A stretch of DNA of 32,000 bases from Candidatus Saccharimonadota bacterium (GCA_039920285.1 JBDSDX010000001.1:570001-602000); one strand, 5' to 3'. Counted from the stretch's first letter, positions 1 to 9,427 are shown. The notes: generated from the letters alone by a model not told the origin. Numbers and translations: made by a program.

Positions 1-270
1 GATCAACTCTATTTCACACAAACTACTGGCTCAACTCGTAAAAAGGTTGCTATCTACGACGATACGTCAGGCGCAACTGGTGATTTATACTATCGTGATG
101 CGAGTGGCTACTTCAAACGACTTCCAATCGGGACGAGCAGTCAAATTTTGACAGCAAACGCCGGTCTTCCCACATGGCAATCTGCGAGTGGCGTCATCAA
201 CAATATGGATGGTGGTGCGGCATCGGCTATATATGGTGGAGCTATCGCCGTAAACGGAGGAGGTGCCTAG
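1..270 (+). CDS. partial CDS (3' end), phage tail-fibre/collar-like fragment
   Basis: Frame 1 is open from the window edge to TAG 268-270. The translation ...GDLYYRDASGYFKRLPIGTSSQILTANAGLPTWQSASG... resembles a motif I associate with phage tail/collar proteins. Recognised by eye only. Confidence 0.45.
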   Translation, partial: DQLYFTQTTGSTRKKVAIYDDTSGATGDLYYRDASGYFKRLPIGTSSQILTANAGLPTWQSASGVINNMDGGAASAIYGGAIAVNGGGA

Positions 271-271
271 T

Positions 272-1270
272 ATGAGTACCTTGATTCAGTTTAGGCGTGA
301 TACCCAAGCAAACTGGGCAAGTGTGAACCCAATACTCGCACAAGGTGAATTAGGTCTCGTCACTGACACGGGCGCATACAAAATGGGTGACGGCACCAAC
401 GCATGGAACACATTACCGTACCATGAGATCACTCCCGCAGTTCAGACACTGACATTCTCAAATCAAGTTGACCCTTCAACACCCGCGGCCGGCACAACTG
501 TTTTATATTCACGAACGGTTGCCGGAAGATCTTTCCCTAAATACATTGGTCCATCAGGTCTGAACAGCCCTTTGCAACCAGCTATTTTCCAAAACTCACT
601 CTGGCTGGTTCAACCGAATACAACATCATCCGTTTCTGCAATTGGTGGCGCAGTGGCGTCGGCAGGTACGCTATCAACTCCAACCCCAAACTCAACCTCA
701 TTTGGCGTTTCGACGAACTTCTTAAGTGGTGCGGTCGCGAATAACACGGCTGGAACAAGCCAGAACATTGCACCCCTCAATACCTCATCGGGCGTCGCCA
801 GCAATGGTGGTTTCTTTTTTGTCTGCCGTCTTTGGTACCCTGATGCGAACTACGGCTCAGGCTCAACAGGCTCACGTCATTTTATCGGCTTATCAGACCA
901 AACCTTCACCGCAACTGTCACCTCTGATAACCCTGCTGGATCAAGAATGGGCTTTGCAATGAGCACCAACCTTGGCGAAACAACCTTCCAATTTTCGACA
1001 AAAAATGGAACTGCAGAAACACGAACCGATACAGGAGTTTCGTTAGTATCAAATAATCTTTATGACTTTTATATATTTCTTCCTGCTGGTGGCACAACCG
1101 TATCGTGGAGAATCGATAATTTATCGACTAGCACCATAACTGAAGGTGACACGACAAGTACCATCCCTGGCACCAGTACCTATCTACGTGCAGGTTTTCA
1201 ATTGGCAACGCTCACAACCGTCGCGAGAAACGTCAGAATGAAGAAAATCTACGTCGAAACGGATAATTAG
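272..1270 (+). CDS. phage tail-fibre-like protein (HylP/Mtd-type N-terminal motif, unknown C-terminal domain)
   Basis: ATG 272 lies 8 nt after GGAGGAGG; the track ORF begins at GTG 263. The N-terminus IQFRRDTQANWASVNPILAQGELGLVTDTGAYKMGDGTNAWNTLPY matches the conserved N-terminal motif of phage hyaluronidase/tail-fibre proteins. The rest is Ser/Thr/Gly-rich. Confidence 0.65.
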   Translation: MSTLIQFRRDTQANWASVNPILAQGELGLVTDTGAYKMGDGTNAWNTLPYHEITPAVQTLTFSNQVDPSTPAAGTTVLYSRTVAGRSFPKYIGPSGLNSPLQPAIFQNSLWLVQPNTTSSVSAIGGAVASAGTLSTPTPNSTSFGVSTNFLSGAVANNTAGTSQNIAPLNTSSGVASNGGFFFVCRLWYPDANYGSGSTGSRHFIGLSDQTFTATVTSDNPAGSRMGFAMSTNLGETTFQFSTKNGTAETRTDTGVSLVSNNLYDFYIFLPAGGTTVSWRIDNLSTSTITEGDTTSTIPGTSTYLRAGFQLATLTTVARNVRMKKIYVETDN

Positions 1271-1271
1271 T

Positions 1272-1745
1272 ATGAAAATAGCACTTCCGATTGTCATTGT
1301 AAGTATCATCGTCATAGTTTCACTTGCAGTCGTATATGTTATTTTAAGCAAAAAAAACGTAACACCAACTCAACCAGCATCAACTAGCATTCAACAAGAA
1401 AATGTCGATGCAAAAGCATTGAAAACTGATGATAGAAACGGTGCTTACCTTGATTATTCTGACACTGTTATCGCAGATACTCCGGGTACAAAAATTCTAT
1501 TCTTTCACGCACCATGGTGTCCACAGTGTCGTGAACTAGATAAAAGCATCACAACAGACGGCATCCCAAACGGAGTCACGGTTATTAAAGTTGATTACGA
1601 CTCGCATCAAGCATTAAGGAAGAAGTACGGTGTCACTTTGCAAACGACGCTAGTCAAGGTGGACGACGCGGGTAATAAAATCTCGAGTTACGTCGCATAC
1701 GAGGAACCTCAGTTCAGCGCGGTTGAACGCGAGTTACTCAATTGA
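1272..1745 (+). CDS. membrane-anchored thioredoxin-like protein (CxxC)
   Basis: N-terminal TM helix followed by the thioredoxin active-site context FFHAPWCPQCRELDKS. Confidence 0.85.
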   Translation: MKIALPIVIVSIIVIVSLAVVYVILSKKNVTPTQPASTSIQQENVDAKALKTDDRNGAYLDYSDTVIADTPGTKILFFHAPWCPQCRELDKSITTDGIPNGVTVIKVDYDSHQALRKKYGVTLQTTLVKVDDAGNKISSYVAYEEPQFSAVERELLN

Positions 1746-2485
1746 TTGAACTTTTTGTTCTCTCCTTCGTTGCAGGTATACTCACTGTACTGGCCCCTTG
1801 TATCCTTCCTCTTTTACCCGTAATCGTGGGTGGAAGTTCACTACACGGAAACAATAAGCAGAAAGTAACACTCAAACAACCCCTCATTATCATTGCGAGC
1901 CTCATCGTATCAGTTATTGCTTTTACCTTATTGCTAAAGTTCACAACTGCGCTCCTGGGTATACCGTCAGAGGTATGGGCAATCATATCAGGTGGTATAG
2001 TGCTCTTATTCGGTATTAACCTGCTTTTCCCTAAGTTATGGGAGAAGTTCATGGATATATCTCGACTCTCACTCGCCGCAAATCGATTCATGGGAGTATC
2101 GCAAGGCAAAACGGGGATACGCAAGGATATCCTACTCGGTGCGGCGCTCGGCCCCATTTTCAATAGTTGTAGTCCGACATATGCACTCATCGTTGCAGTG
2201 ATCCTACCGACGTCATTCGTCACAGGGCTGGGATATCTTATCGCGTACAGCATTGGACTAGGAGCCGTGTTATTCCTTATCAGTATCTTCGGAAGGATTC
2301 TTGTTAATAAAATGAAGTGGATGAGTAATCCTCATGGTATATTTCAGAAAGTGATTGGGTGTCTCTTTATTATTGTTGGACTTGTTGTTATCTTTGGCAT
2401 CGATAAACAAATTCAGACCTATGTTCTAAATAAAGGTTTATACGATCCAATTATTCAAGTGGAGAAGTCTTTTCAACTCAATTAA
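1742..2485 (+). CDS. ccdA: cytochrome c biogenesis CcdA/DsbD-type thiol-disulfide transporter
   Basis: TTG start overlaps the upstream stop (TTGA). Polytopic protein with the two family cysteines (LAPCILPLLP and FNSCSPTYAL). Confidence 0.8.
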   Translation: MIELFVLSFVAGILTVLAPCILPLLPVIVGGSSLHGNNKQKVTLKQPLIIIASLIVSVIAFTLLLKFTTALLGIPSEVWAIISGGIVLLFGINLLFPKLWEKFMDISRLSLAANRFMGVSQGKTGIRKDILLGAALGPIFNSCSPTYALIVAVILPTSFVTGLGYLIAYSIGLGAVLFLISIFGRILVNKMKWMSNPHGIFQKVIGCLFIIVGLVVIFGIDKQIQTYVLNKGLYDPIIQVEKSFQLN

Positions 2486-2515
2486 ATAATGCCTCAATAC
2501 GAGGCATTATTTAAA
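2484..2515. terminator. bidirectional intrinsic terminator between convergent genes
   Basis: Perfect 12-bp stem AAATAATGCCTC / GAGGCATTATTT with loop AATAC. It is A-rich upstream and T-rich downstream. Confidence 0.75.
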
Positions 2516-2527
2516 TCCAAACCAACT

Positions 2528-2737
2528 CTAGAGGTTTATCAACCAGATAAACCCACCTAGTGATAGCAAGGTGAGCGCAAAGAACAGTCCGAGACCAACA
2601 GGTGAGCCCCAGCTAAACCAAGAACCCCATGCACGCCAGTGCTGTGCGGGCCATCCCGCTTCACGGGCTCGCTTTTGCAAGTCGAGAGCTTCGTCAAGTT
2701 TTAGATTTTTCAGCTTTTCTTTTTCAGATTTATCCAT
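2528..2737 (-). CDS. small Trp-rich tail-anchored membrane protein, unknown function
   Basis: AAGGAG lies 8 nt upstream of the ATG. Charged N-terminus and a C-terminal hydrophobic helix. Confidence 0.5.
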   Translation of the reverse strand: MDKSEKEKLKNLKLDEALDLQKRAREAGWPAQHWRAWGSWFSWGSPVGLGLFFALTLLSLGGFIWLINL

Positions 2738-2896
2738 AAAAGATACTCCTTATTAATAAGTAATTAACTCATTCGACCTATGCGTTAATGCTCATGGAGT
2801 GAAACCGCAACCTCTTTTTGTCGTTGAGCGCCGGCGAGGGTAGCAAGGCGGATTTATTTCAAGTCTATTTTACCATATACAAACAGTGTGATGGGG

Positions 2897-3289
2897 TTAC
2901 TTTATGGCGACGAGTTCAATATCAAATACTAAATCACTGTTTGGTGGGATAGATGAGGACGCCCGACGGTGACCGTATGCCATGGCGGCAGGAATCACGA
3001 GGCGCCGCGTACCGCCGACTTTCATGCCAGGAACCCCTTTTGTCCAGCCGTCGATGACTTGATGAAGCCCGAACGTTGCCGGGTTACGTGAATCATAACT
3101 GCTCTCAAATATTATTCCAGTTGCCGCGAGCGCGCCGGTATAATGAGCGGTGATTGTCGCAAGTTCCTGAACCTCATCGCCGTCGCCAACAATGGTATCA
3201 ATAATTTCTAGTTGTTCTACTTTATGTTTTTTACCTAATGGGGTGAAGCCTTCTAATGAAGTGCCTTTTAATTTTTCAAATAAACTCAT
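2897..3289 (-). CDS. FKBP-type peptidyl-prolyl cis-trans isomerase
   Basis: C-terminal FKBP signature ...VIDGWTKGVPGMKVGGTRRLVIPAAMAYG...DLVFDIELVAIK. Confidence 0.85.
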   Translation of the reverse strand: MSLFEKLKGTSLEGFTPLGKKHKVEQLEIIDTIVGDGDEVQELATITAHYTGALAATGIIFESSYDSRNPATFGLHQVIDGWTKGVPGMKVGGTRRLVIPAAMAYGHRRASSSIPPNSDLVFDIELVAIK

Positions 3290-3304
3290 ATTTCTATTGT
3301 ACAG

Positions 3305-3772
3305 CTATTTATTTTGAATGGGTTCAATCGGAGAATCGATAAGTCGACCAATAAGTGAATGGAGCGTCTGGCGTTCGCTTTCATTGAGGACATTATTAAA
3401 CCGTTCTGCTTCGGCAGCCTCAGTACGGCTCAGTAATTCTTTTTTTAATTGTGTCCCATGGGGGGTCAACGCAATAAGGGTAATACGTCGGTCACTCGGG
3501 TGATCTTGACGAGAAATGAGTCCTGATTTTTCAAGACGATCGATAACACCCGTTACCGTCGAAGCATCACACATAAAGTAGTCAGAAAACGTACGCATAG
3601 GCTTAGGTTCATCTGGTGAAAGCATAATAATAGCACTCGCTTGCATGACAGTGAGCTTATATTCTTCTGCAATCTCGTAGACTCGATGTTTTCCTTGGTA
3701 CATCAGTTGCAGAAGGTCCCAGAACATAGCGTGATGACTATCTTTTTCGTTCATATCATTATTATAGTACAT
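3305..3772 (-). CDS. MarR-family transcriptional regulator
   Basis: Winged-helix core ...TVTGVIDRLEKSGLISRQDHPSDRRITLIALTPHG.... An alternative start at ATG 3754 would fit a leaderless transcript from TTGTCA-17-TATAAT. Confidence 0.8.
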   Translation of the reverse strand: MYYNNDMNEKDSHHAMFWDLLQLMYQGKHRVYEIAEEYKLTVMQASAIIMLSPDEPKPMRTFSDYFMCDASTVTGVIDRLEKSGLISRQDHPSDRRITLIALTPHGTQLKKELLSRTEAAEAERFNNVLNESERQTLHSLIGRLIDSPIEPIQNK

Positions 3773-3778
3773 ATATAA

Positions 3779-3812
3779 ATAGTTGACAACACCAACTATC
3801 TTGCTTTACAAT
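3779..3812. promoter_or_regulatory. divergent promoter region with a candidate MarR operator
   Basis: Perfect inverted repeat ATAGTTG-N7-CAACTAT (3779-3799) overlaps the -35 TTGACA (3783-3788). -10 TACAAT at 3807-3812 with an 18-nt spacer, upstream of the MFS gene. Confidence 0.5.
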
Positions 3813-3843
3813 AGTATTCAATTACAAATAATTTTGGGGAAAC

Positions 3844-5265
3844 ATGAAAAAAGGAAAAGGATTACTACTACTTATATTAGCTGCGGCCCAATTTATGGTC
3901 GTGCTCGATAGTTCAATCGTAAATATTGCACTCTCATCGATCAGCACAAGTCTCGGTTTTGCACCCGAAAACCTTCAATGGGTTGTCACGGCGTATATTT
4001 TAGCGTTCGGCGGGTTCCTTCTATTTGGTGGTCGTGCAGCAGACCTCTTTGGTCGTCGAAAAGTCTTCTTATTAGGTCTGGTTGGGTTTACTATTGGCTC
4101 ACTCCTCGCTGGCGCAGCCCAGAACGAAGTCATGATGATCGTGGCTCGAGCTATACAAGGTTTGACCGCAGCATTTATGTCACCAGCAGCTCTGTCTATT
4201 ATTCTCACAGAATATAAAGAAGGTGCTGAACGCAATAAGGCGCTTGGTGTATGGGGTGCAGTTGGTGCCGGCGGTGCTGCCGCTGGTTTGATTATTGGTG
4301 GCATCGTTACCGAATACCTTGGGTGGCGTTGGGATTTCATCATCAACCTTCCTATTGGTATTGCGTTGATCGCACTTGCGTTGAAATATGTGCCGGCACA
4401 CCATTCAGAAGCTGAACACCGCGATCTTGATGCTCGTGGTGCAGTTCTCGTGACAGGTGGCTTAATGGCATTGGTCTATGGATTAACAAATGCACCGAAA
4501 TGGGGCTGGGAAGACATACAAACAATTATCTGGCTCGCGTCTTCAGTGGTTCTTATTGGATTATTCATCATAAATGAAATGCGGGTGAAACACCCATTGA
4601 TTGATTTGAAGATATTTAAGATTCGAAACCTCACTGGTGCGAACATTGTACAGCTCTTTATTACCTCTGGAATGATGTCAATGTTCTTCTTCATCTCACT
4701 CTATGTACAGCAAATCCTTGCTTACAAACCATTGATTACTGGTTTGGCGTTCTTACCATTCGCCGTTGTCGTGGGTATTACGGCGACACAATCATCACGA
4801 TTCATTGGTCGTTTTGGTCCAAAACCATTCATGATTGTCGGTCCGATCGTCATGGCAGCGGGATTGTTTATCCTCAGTCACATTAGCCTCACGTCATCGT
4901 ATGTCGAGGTCATTCTTCCGGGAATCATTGTCATGGCATTTGGTGCTGGATTAACCTTCATTGCACTCTCAGTTGCGGCAACGTCAGGTGTGCCAAAAAA
5001 TCAATCTGGACTCGCTTCAGGCCTTCTCAATACCTCTCAGCAAATCGGTGGCGCTCTAGGCCTTGCTATCCTTGCCGGCGTCGCAACCAGCACAGCAAAG
5101 GGTCACATCAGCGAGGGTATCGCATCAGCGACAGTAACTGGCTACCACACAGCCATCTTAGTAGCCTGTACGTTCGCTTTGGCTGCGGCGGTTGTAACTA
5201 TTCTCATTATTCGAAATAAAAAGAATGGTTCAAAATCCGACGAACCTATCATCGTTAGTCACTAG
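3844..5265 (+). CDS. MFS transporter, DHA2/EmrB-like 14-TMS drug:H+ antiporter family
   Basis: About 14 hydrophobic segments. N-terminal LDSSIVNIAL and GGRAADLFGRRKVF motifs typical of the family. Divergent from MarR. Confidence 0.85.
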   Translation: MKKGKGLLLLILAAAQFMVVLDSSIVNIALSSISTSLGFAPENLQWVVTAYILAFGGFLLFGGRAADLFGRRKVFLLGLVGFTIGSLLAGAAQNEVMMIVARAIQGLTAAFMSPAALSIILTEYKEGAERNKALGVWGAVGAGGAAAGLIIGGIVTEYLGWRWDFIINLPIGIALIALALKYVPAHHSEAEHRDLDARGAVLVTGGLMALVYGLTNAPKWGWEDIQTIIWLASSVVLIGLFIINEMRVKHPLIDLKIFKIRNLTGANIVQLFITSGMMSMFFFISLYVQQILAYKPLITGLAFLPFAVVVGITATQSSRFIGRFGPKPFMIVGPIVMAAGLFILSHISLTSSYVEVILPGIIVMAFGAGLTFIALSVAATSGVPKNQSGLASGLLNTSQQIGGALGLAILAGVATSTAKGHISEGIASATVTGYHTAILVACTFALAAAVVTILIIRNKKNGSKSDEPIIVSH

Positions 5266-5321
5266 CCATCCCGCGTGACGACTCATATTTATATGAATAA
5301 TAAGCATGTTACAGTAGTAGT

Positions 5322-5750
5322 ATGACTAAAATTATTCACAAGCATTCGTCTGGCGGCGTTCTATGCAAAGACGGCAAAGTACTTGTGATCCACTGGGATG
5401 CTCCTCGAAATTCATTCGATTTTCCTAAAGGAACGATAGAAGCAGGAGAGACGTCTCACGAGGCTTGTGTCCGTGAAGTACTTGAAGAAACAGGCTACGA
5501 GACGAAGATTATTGCACCGCTTGGTCAAACTCACTACGAATATGACTGGACTGATGGTACACATCATAAAAAAACAGTTGATTACTATTTACTCGGTTTT
5601 GCGCATGACATTCCAGTGGACCCAAAGAGAGAGCCTCATGAGACATTCGAAAACGCTTGGCTCACTTTCGACAAGGCCGCCCAACAGCTCACCTTTGATG
5701 TTGACCGCGATATCCTTCAAAAAGCTCTCAAACAGAACCTAGCGTTCTGA
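5322..5750 (+). CDS. NUDIX hydrolase
   Basis: Nudix box GTIEAGETSHEACVREVLEETGYE. Confidence 0.85.
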   Translation: MTKIIHKHSSGGVLCKDGKVLVIHWDAPRNSFDFPKGTIEAGETSHEACVREVLEETGYETKIIAPLGQTHYEYDWTDGTHHKKTVDYYLLGFAHDIPVDPKREPHETFENAWLTFDKAAQQLTFDVDRDILQKALKQNLAF

Positions 5751-5763
5751 TACAATCAACCAT

Positions 5764-6333
5764 ATGATTAAAGCAATTATTTTTGACTGTTTCGGTGTAT
5801 TAGTTTCCGATGGTTGGTTACCATTCAAAAGAAAATACTTTGGTGATACGCCAGCATTAATGGAAGAGACCACTCGTCTCAACCACTTAGTAGATGCCGG
5901 GGCGCTCCCGTATAAAGACTTCATACATAGCATCGCTCAGCTTGCACATATCAACACAGACGAAGCGCATACTCAAATCGAGAACAACCCTTCGAATATG
6001 CCACTTTTTGAGTATATCCAATCAGAATTAGCTCCTCATTACACATTAGGGATTCTCAGTAATGCAGCCGAGAACTGGCTCGATGAACTTTTTACGGCGG
6101 AACAACTCGGTATTTTTACTGATTACGTCCTATCATTCCAAATTGGCGTTATTAAACCGCAACCCGAAGCCTACCAAGCGATTGCAACCAAACTTGGAGT
6201 TGCGCTCGACGAATGTATCTTTATTGATGATCAACCGGCATATTGTGAAGGTGCTGGAGCGGTCGGTATGAAAGCGATTCATTACACTGACATTGAAAGC
6301 CTCAAAACACAGCTTGCACGATACCTTTCTTAA
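5764..6333 (+). CDS. HAD-superfamily hydrolase
   Basis: Motif I IIFDCFGVL, then ...LSNA... and the C-terminal ...CIFIDD.... Confidence 0.75.
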   Translation: MIKAIIFDCFGVLVSDGWLPFKRKYFGDTPALMEETTRLNHLVDAGALPYKDFIHSIAQLAHINTDEAHTQIENNPSNMPLFEYIQSELAPHYTLGILSNAAENWLDELFTAEQLGIFTDYVLSFQIGVIKPQPEAYQAIATKLGVALDECIFIDDQPAYCEGAGAVGMKAIHYTDIESLKTQLARYLS

Positions 6334-6421
6334 ACTCTCTTTCAGAAAGCGGTATAATAGAGCTAGGACACAAGTCGACAGTATTCCATTTTTGACTTCA
6401 ACAATTGACAAGGAGTAGACG

Positions 6422-6751
6422 ATGAACACAGCAAAATCTTTACGTGATGCAGCAACCAAAGAACAACAAAAGGCACTCGCCGAGCGCAAAAATGCCGACC
6501 TACACCGTGATAAAGCGAATTCATTTCATATGAACGATGACCCAAAACTACCAATGAACGAAAACATGATGGCGCAAAAAGCCAGTGAAACGGCGAGTCA
6601 ACACGATCTCGCAGCCAACGACATGATCCGTCAAGCAGCAGAACTTGAGGCGAAGGCATTAGTAAAAGAACGACAAAAACAAGAAAAAATTGCAACGATG
6701 CAAAATGAGATCGACAAACTCGACGCTGAAGCTAAAGCACTCCGCGGCTAA
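6422..6751 (+). CDS. hypothetical charged/coiled-coil protein
   Basis: AAGGAG RBS 7 nt upstream. Lys/Glu/Ala-rich sequence with no recognisable domain. Confidence 0.5.
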   Translation: MNTAKSLRDAATKEQQKALAERKNADLHRDKANSFHMNDDPKLPMNENMMAQKASETASQHDLAANDMIRQAAELEAKALVKERQKQEKIATMQNEIDKLDAEAKALRG

Positions 6752-6827
6752 TCTGTCTTGGGGGCTACGAAGCTTGGTTGTTTTTTGATATACTAACAAC
6801 AAACCATAAGCGATAAGGAGAATGCTT

Positions 6828-7400
6828 GTGAAAAAACTCGTTAGTATTGCTGCTTTTGTCGTGCTCGGCCTCGTTGTCACCTTATTGGCTCCTTACGCGA
6901 GTGCTCAAACAACTCCGACGGAAGGTGAAACAACACCTCCAACGACGACAACAGAGGCGACTCCATCCGCCCGCTGTACAGCAATAAAGAAAAACCTAGC
7001 CACCCGTCTCACAAAAGTTGACATCGCTAAAACAGCGCAAGTGAAGGTATATGAAGCTGAACAGACAAAAATAGATACTCTTTTGACGACTGCCTCGACG
7101 GCTGGTTATGACGTCACAGCCCTGACGACGGCGCAAGGTGTAGTGAAAGCCAAGATCACCACCTTTAACGATAAAGCCACGGTTTATTCAACCGCACTCA
7201 CTACTGCTCAAAATACCGAGTGTATGAGTGACGAAACCGCGATGAAGAAAGCGGTTGTTGATGCGCGCACAGCATTAGTGGCTGTCCGAACCGCATCACA
7301 AGATGTCCGTGTTGCTTTTAAAGACAGTGTTATTACAGCACTGAAAGATTATATTGTGTGGCTAAAGACCCAGACAAACTCTCGCGAGGCTCAAAAATAA
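6828..7400 (+). CDS. secreted hypothetical protein (signal peptide, Thr-rich, helical)
   Basis: AAGGAG at 6814-6819 favours GTG 6828 over the track start ATG 6822. Signal-like KKLVSIAAFVVLGLVVTLLAPYASAQ. Confidence 0.55.
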   Translation: MKKLVSIAAFVVLGLVVTLLAPYASAQTTPTEGETTPPTTTTEATPSARCTAIKKNLATRLTKVDIAKTAQVKVYEAEQTKIDTLLTTASTAGYDVTALTTAQGVVKAKITTFNDKATVYSTALTTAQNTECMSDETAMKKAVVDARTALVAVRTASQDVRVAFKDSVITALKDYIVWLKTQTNSREAQK

Positions 7401-8122
7401 TGATGCCGAATGCAAAAAACGAAACCCCTGTGAATCCACTGGGAAATGCACCGTTTGATACCTCAGCATCAACGGCAGGAGATGAAGCCGCTCTTCAAGC
7501 GATTGAAGCATTAGAAGCTGAAACAAACGTCGTATCAGGACTTGATCCAATCCAAGAGCTACCAAACATACCACAAGCTCCAATACCGATGACTACAGTA
7601 GTGCCGACCCCTATACCCGTCTTACCCCCACAACCAGTTAGCCCCATATCAATGCCTCCTCCGACTATGCCTTCGACAGCGGTCATAACAGAGCCCCTCG
7701 TGCCAACTACCCCTACACCAATGGCGTCGGCGCCTCTTGAACAACCAATAAGCTTACCAAATTCGGCATCACGTTCCATCGCACAGAGTCTTAACGAAGA
7801 AACACCAGTTGTCGTTAATGGTTTTCAGCCATTTGCACATCAAAAAAGACCATCGAAAAAATTAACTATTATCATTGTTATTATTTTAGTCACCGTACTT
7901 CTTGGTGGTGGCGGTTATTTTGGCTGGCAATATCTTCAAACCCAAAATAAACCTACGGCAACCACACAAACAAACGCACCAGTCACCGAAACAACACCAA
8001 CCATCACCGACACAGAGGCATCCGTAAACCAAACCATCACCGATATGCAAAAAAACCTTGATGCCGTTACCGACAGTGAATACGCTGATACAACATTTTC
8101 AGACACAACTCTCTACCAATAG
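7400..8122 (+). CDS. Pro/Thr-rich single-pass membrane protein, unknown function
   Basis: ATG 7400 overlaps the upstream TAA (TAATG); the track ORF starts at 7358. Pro-rich segment, then TM helix LTIIIVIILVTVLLGGGGYF. Confidence 0.5.
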   Translation: MMPNAKNETPVNPLGNAPFDTSASTAGDEAALQAIEALEAETNVVSGLDPIQELPNIPQAPIPMTTVVPTPIPVLPPQPVSPISMPPPTMPSTAVITEPLVPTTPTPMASAPLEQPISLPNSASRSIAQSLNEETPVVVNGFQPFAHQKRPSKKLTIIIVIILVTVLLGGGGYFGWQYLQTQNKPTATTQTNAPVTETTPTITDTEASVNQTITDMQKNLDAVTDSEYADTTFSDTTLYQ

Positions 8123-8161
8123 AGGTGACTATATCGCCATTTCTTTGCTATACTGTCTACT

Positions 8162-8728
8162 ATGAAACCGCTGACTCCGAATACTCCCCGAGCGATTATC
8201 ATGGTTGGTATTCCTGGCTCTGGAAAGAGCACGTTTGCTGAACATTTCGCCAACACATTCCAAGCACCAATAATAAATGAGCGTGCTATTGCACTTGCGA
8301 CCGATCTTTCTGTAGACGCAGCGAGCAAAGTCGCTGCATTGATGCTAGGTGAGCTTTTAAAGACTCGCCGAACGATCATCTACGAAGGACTTACTTCAAC
8401 TAAAGTTGCTCGAACGAATCTCATTAAACAAACAACGGCGGCTGGATATGTCCCGCTTATCGTCTGGGTACAAACAGAGTCACTCGAAGCAAAGCGCCGC
8501 GCAACGCGCAAACAAAAAGACGCTATCGCGCTCACTGAGGAAGAATTTGACGCCGCAATTCGTCGTTTTACTCCTCCGTCAGTCCAGGAAAAAGCAATTG
8601 TTATCAGCGGCAAACATACCTATGCCAGCCAACTGAAAATCGTATTAAAACGACTCGCTGGCGAGCAGCGACCCGAACTTCCCCCAGAGCCACGCATTCG
8701 ATCATCACGCACTATTATCTTGAGGTAA
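8162..8728 (+). CDS. P-loop ATPase/kinase-like protein (AAA_33/zeta-toxin-like fold)
   Basis: Walker A motif GIPGSGKST near the N-terminus. Size and layout match small P-loop kinases. Confidence 0.7.
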   Translation: MKPLTPNTPRAIIMVGIPGSGKSTFAEHFANTFQAPIINERAIALATDLSVDAASKVAALMLGELLKTRRTIIYEGLTSTKVARTNLIKQTTAAGYVPLIVWVQTESLEAKRRATRKQKDAIALTEEEFDAAIRRFTPPSVQEKAIVISGKHTYASQLKIVLKRLAGEQRPELPPEPRIRSSRTIILR

Positions 8729-8734
8729 TTCATT

Positions 8735-9427
8735 ATGCCGATCATTCAAGACGAAGAGTTTGGCAAAATCACCATTCGACGTAGCGCTCGAGCGACACAA
8801 GTGCGTCTGCGTGTTGCTCCTGATGGAACACTTCGGGCCTCTCTGCCACTCTATGCGCCGACATTCCTCGTTAAAAGACTCCTAAAAACATCGCGTACTG
8901 AATTACGACAACTCCTTCAACAGTCACAGCCAAAAACTGAGTATACCAATGGCATGCAAATAGGGAAGAGTCACACCCTTATTGTTGATTCTTCAGTAAG
9001 CTCTTTTGCTGTTGTGCGCCGCGGACAGCAGTTAATCGTGCGACTTCCAATTACTCAGTCCCTCTCCGATCCCGACGTCGTGAGAGCAATCAGAGATGTG
9101 ATCATTGCTGCACTACGTATCGAGGCGAAGAGTTATCTTCCAAAACGATTGTCATTTTTATCTGATAAATATGGTCTCCGTTACCAAAAGGTTCGATTTT
9201 CACATGCCAGCGGCCGATGGGGAAGCTGCAGCAGTCAAGGGACGATTAGTCTCAACATTGCACTCATGAAGCTACCTTTTGAGTTAATCGACTACGTCAT
9301 CGTTCATGAACTTGCCCACACTCGTGAAATGAACCACAGTTCTGACTTTTGGGATTTAGTCGGTCTGGCTGATCCTTTATATAAACAGCACCGTCGTGCA
9401 CTGAAGCAAGAAATTCCGACTATCTAA
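8735..9427 (+). CDS. YgjP-like (DUF45) metal-dependent hydrolase
   Basis: C-terminal HExxH context YVIVHELAHTREMNHSSDFW, typical of the DUF45/YgjP family. Confidence 0.75.
   Translation: MPIIQDEEFGKITIRRSARATQVRLRVAPDGTLRASLPLYAPTFLVKRLLKTSRTELRQLLQQSQPKTEYTNGMQIGKSHTLIVDSSVSSFAVVRRGQQLIVRLPITQSLSDPDVVRAIRDVIIAALRIEAKSYLPKRLSFLSDKYGLRYQKVRFSHASGRWGSCSSQGTISLNIALMKLPFELIDYVIVHELAHTREMNHSSDFWDLVGLADPLYKQHRRALKQEIPTI

Noticed and set aside
272-1270. Tail-fibre-like gene as a diversity-generating retroelement target
   Set aside because: The window has no reverse transcriptase, no template repeat matching the 3' end of the gene, and no adenine-biased variable region that I could see.
2738-2896. 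159-bp intergenic region containing the GC-rich patch GAGCGCCGGCGAGGGTAGCAAGGCGG; possible small RNA
   Set aside because: I could not find a convincing stem-loop, promoter-terminator pair or known RNA motif. It probably holds the promoter of the small membrane protein gene and the 3' UTR of the FKBP gene.
3975-4404. Several 70-125-aa ORFs inside or antisense to the MFS gene, and similar ORFs inside rplA (16165-17086), dnaB and the kinase gene
   Set aside because: They overlap confidently assigned genes, have no start signals, and have the composition of off-frame translations.
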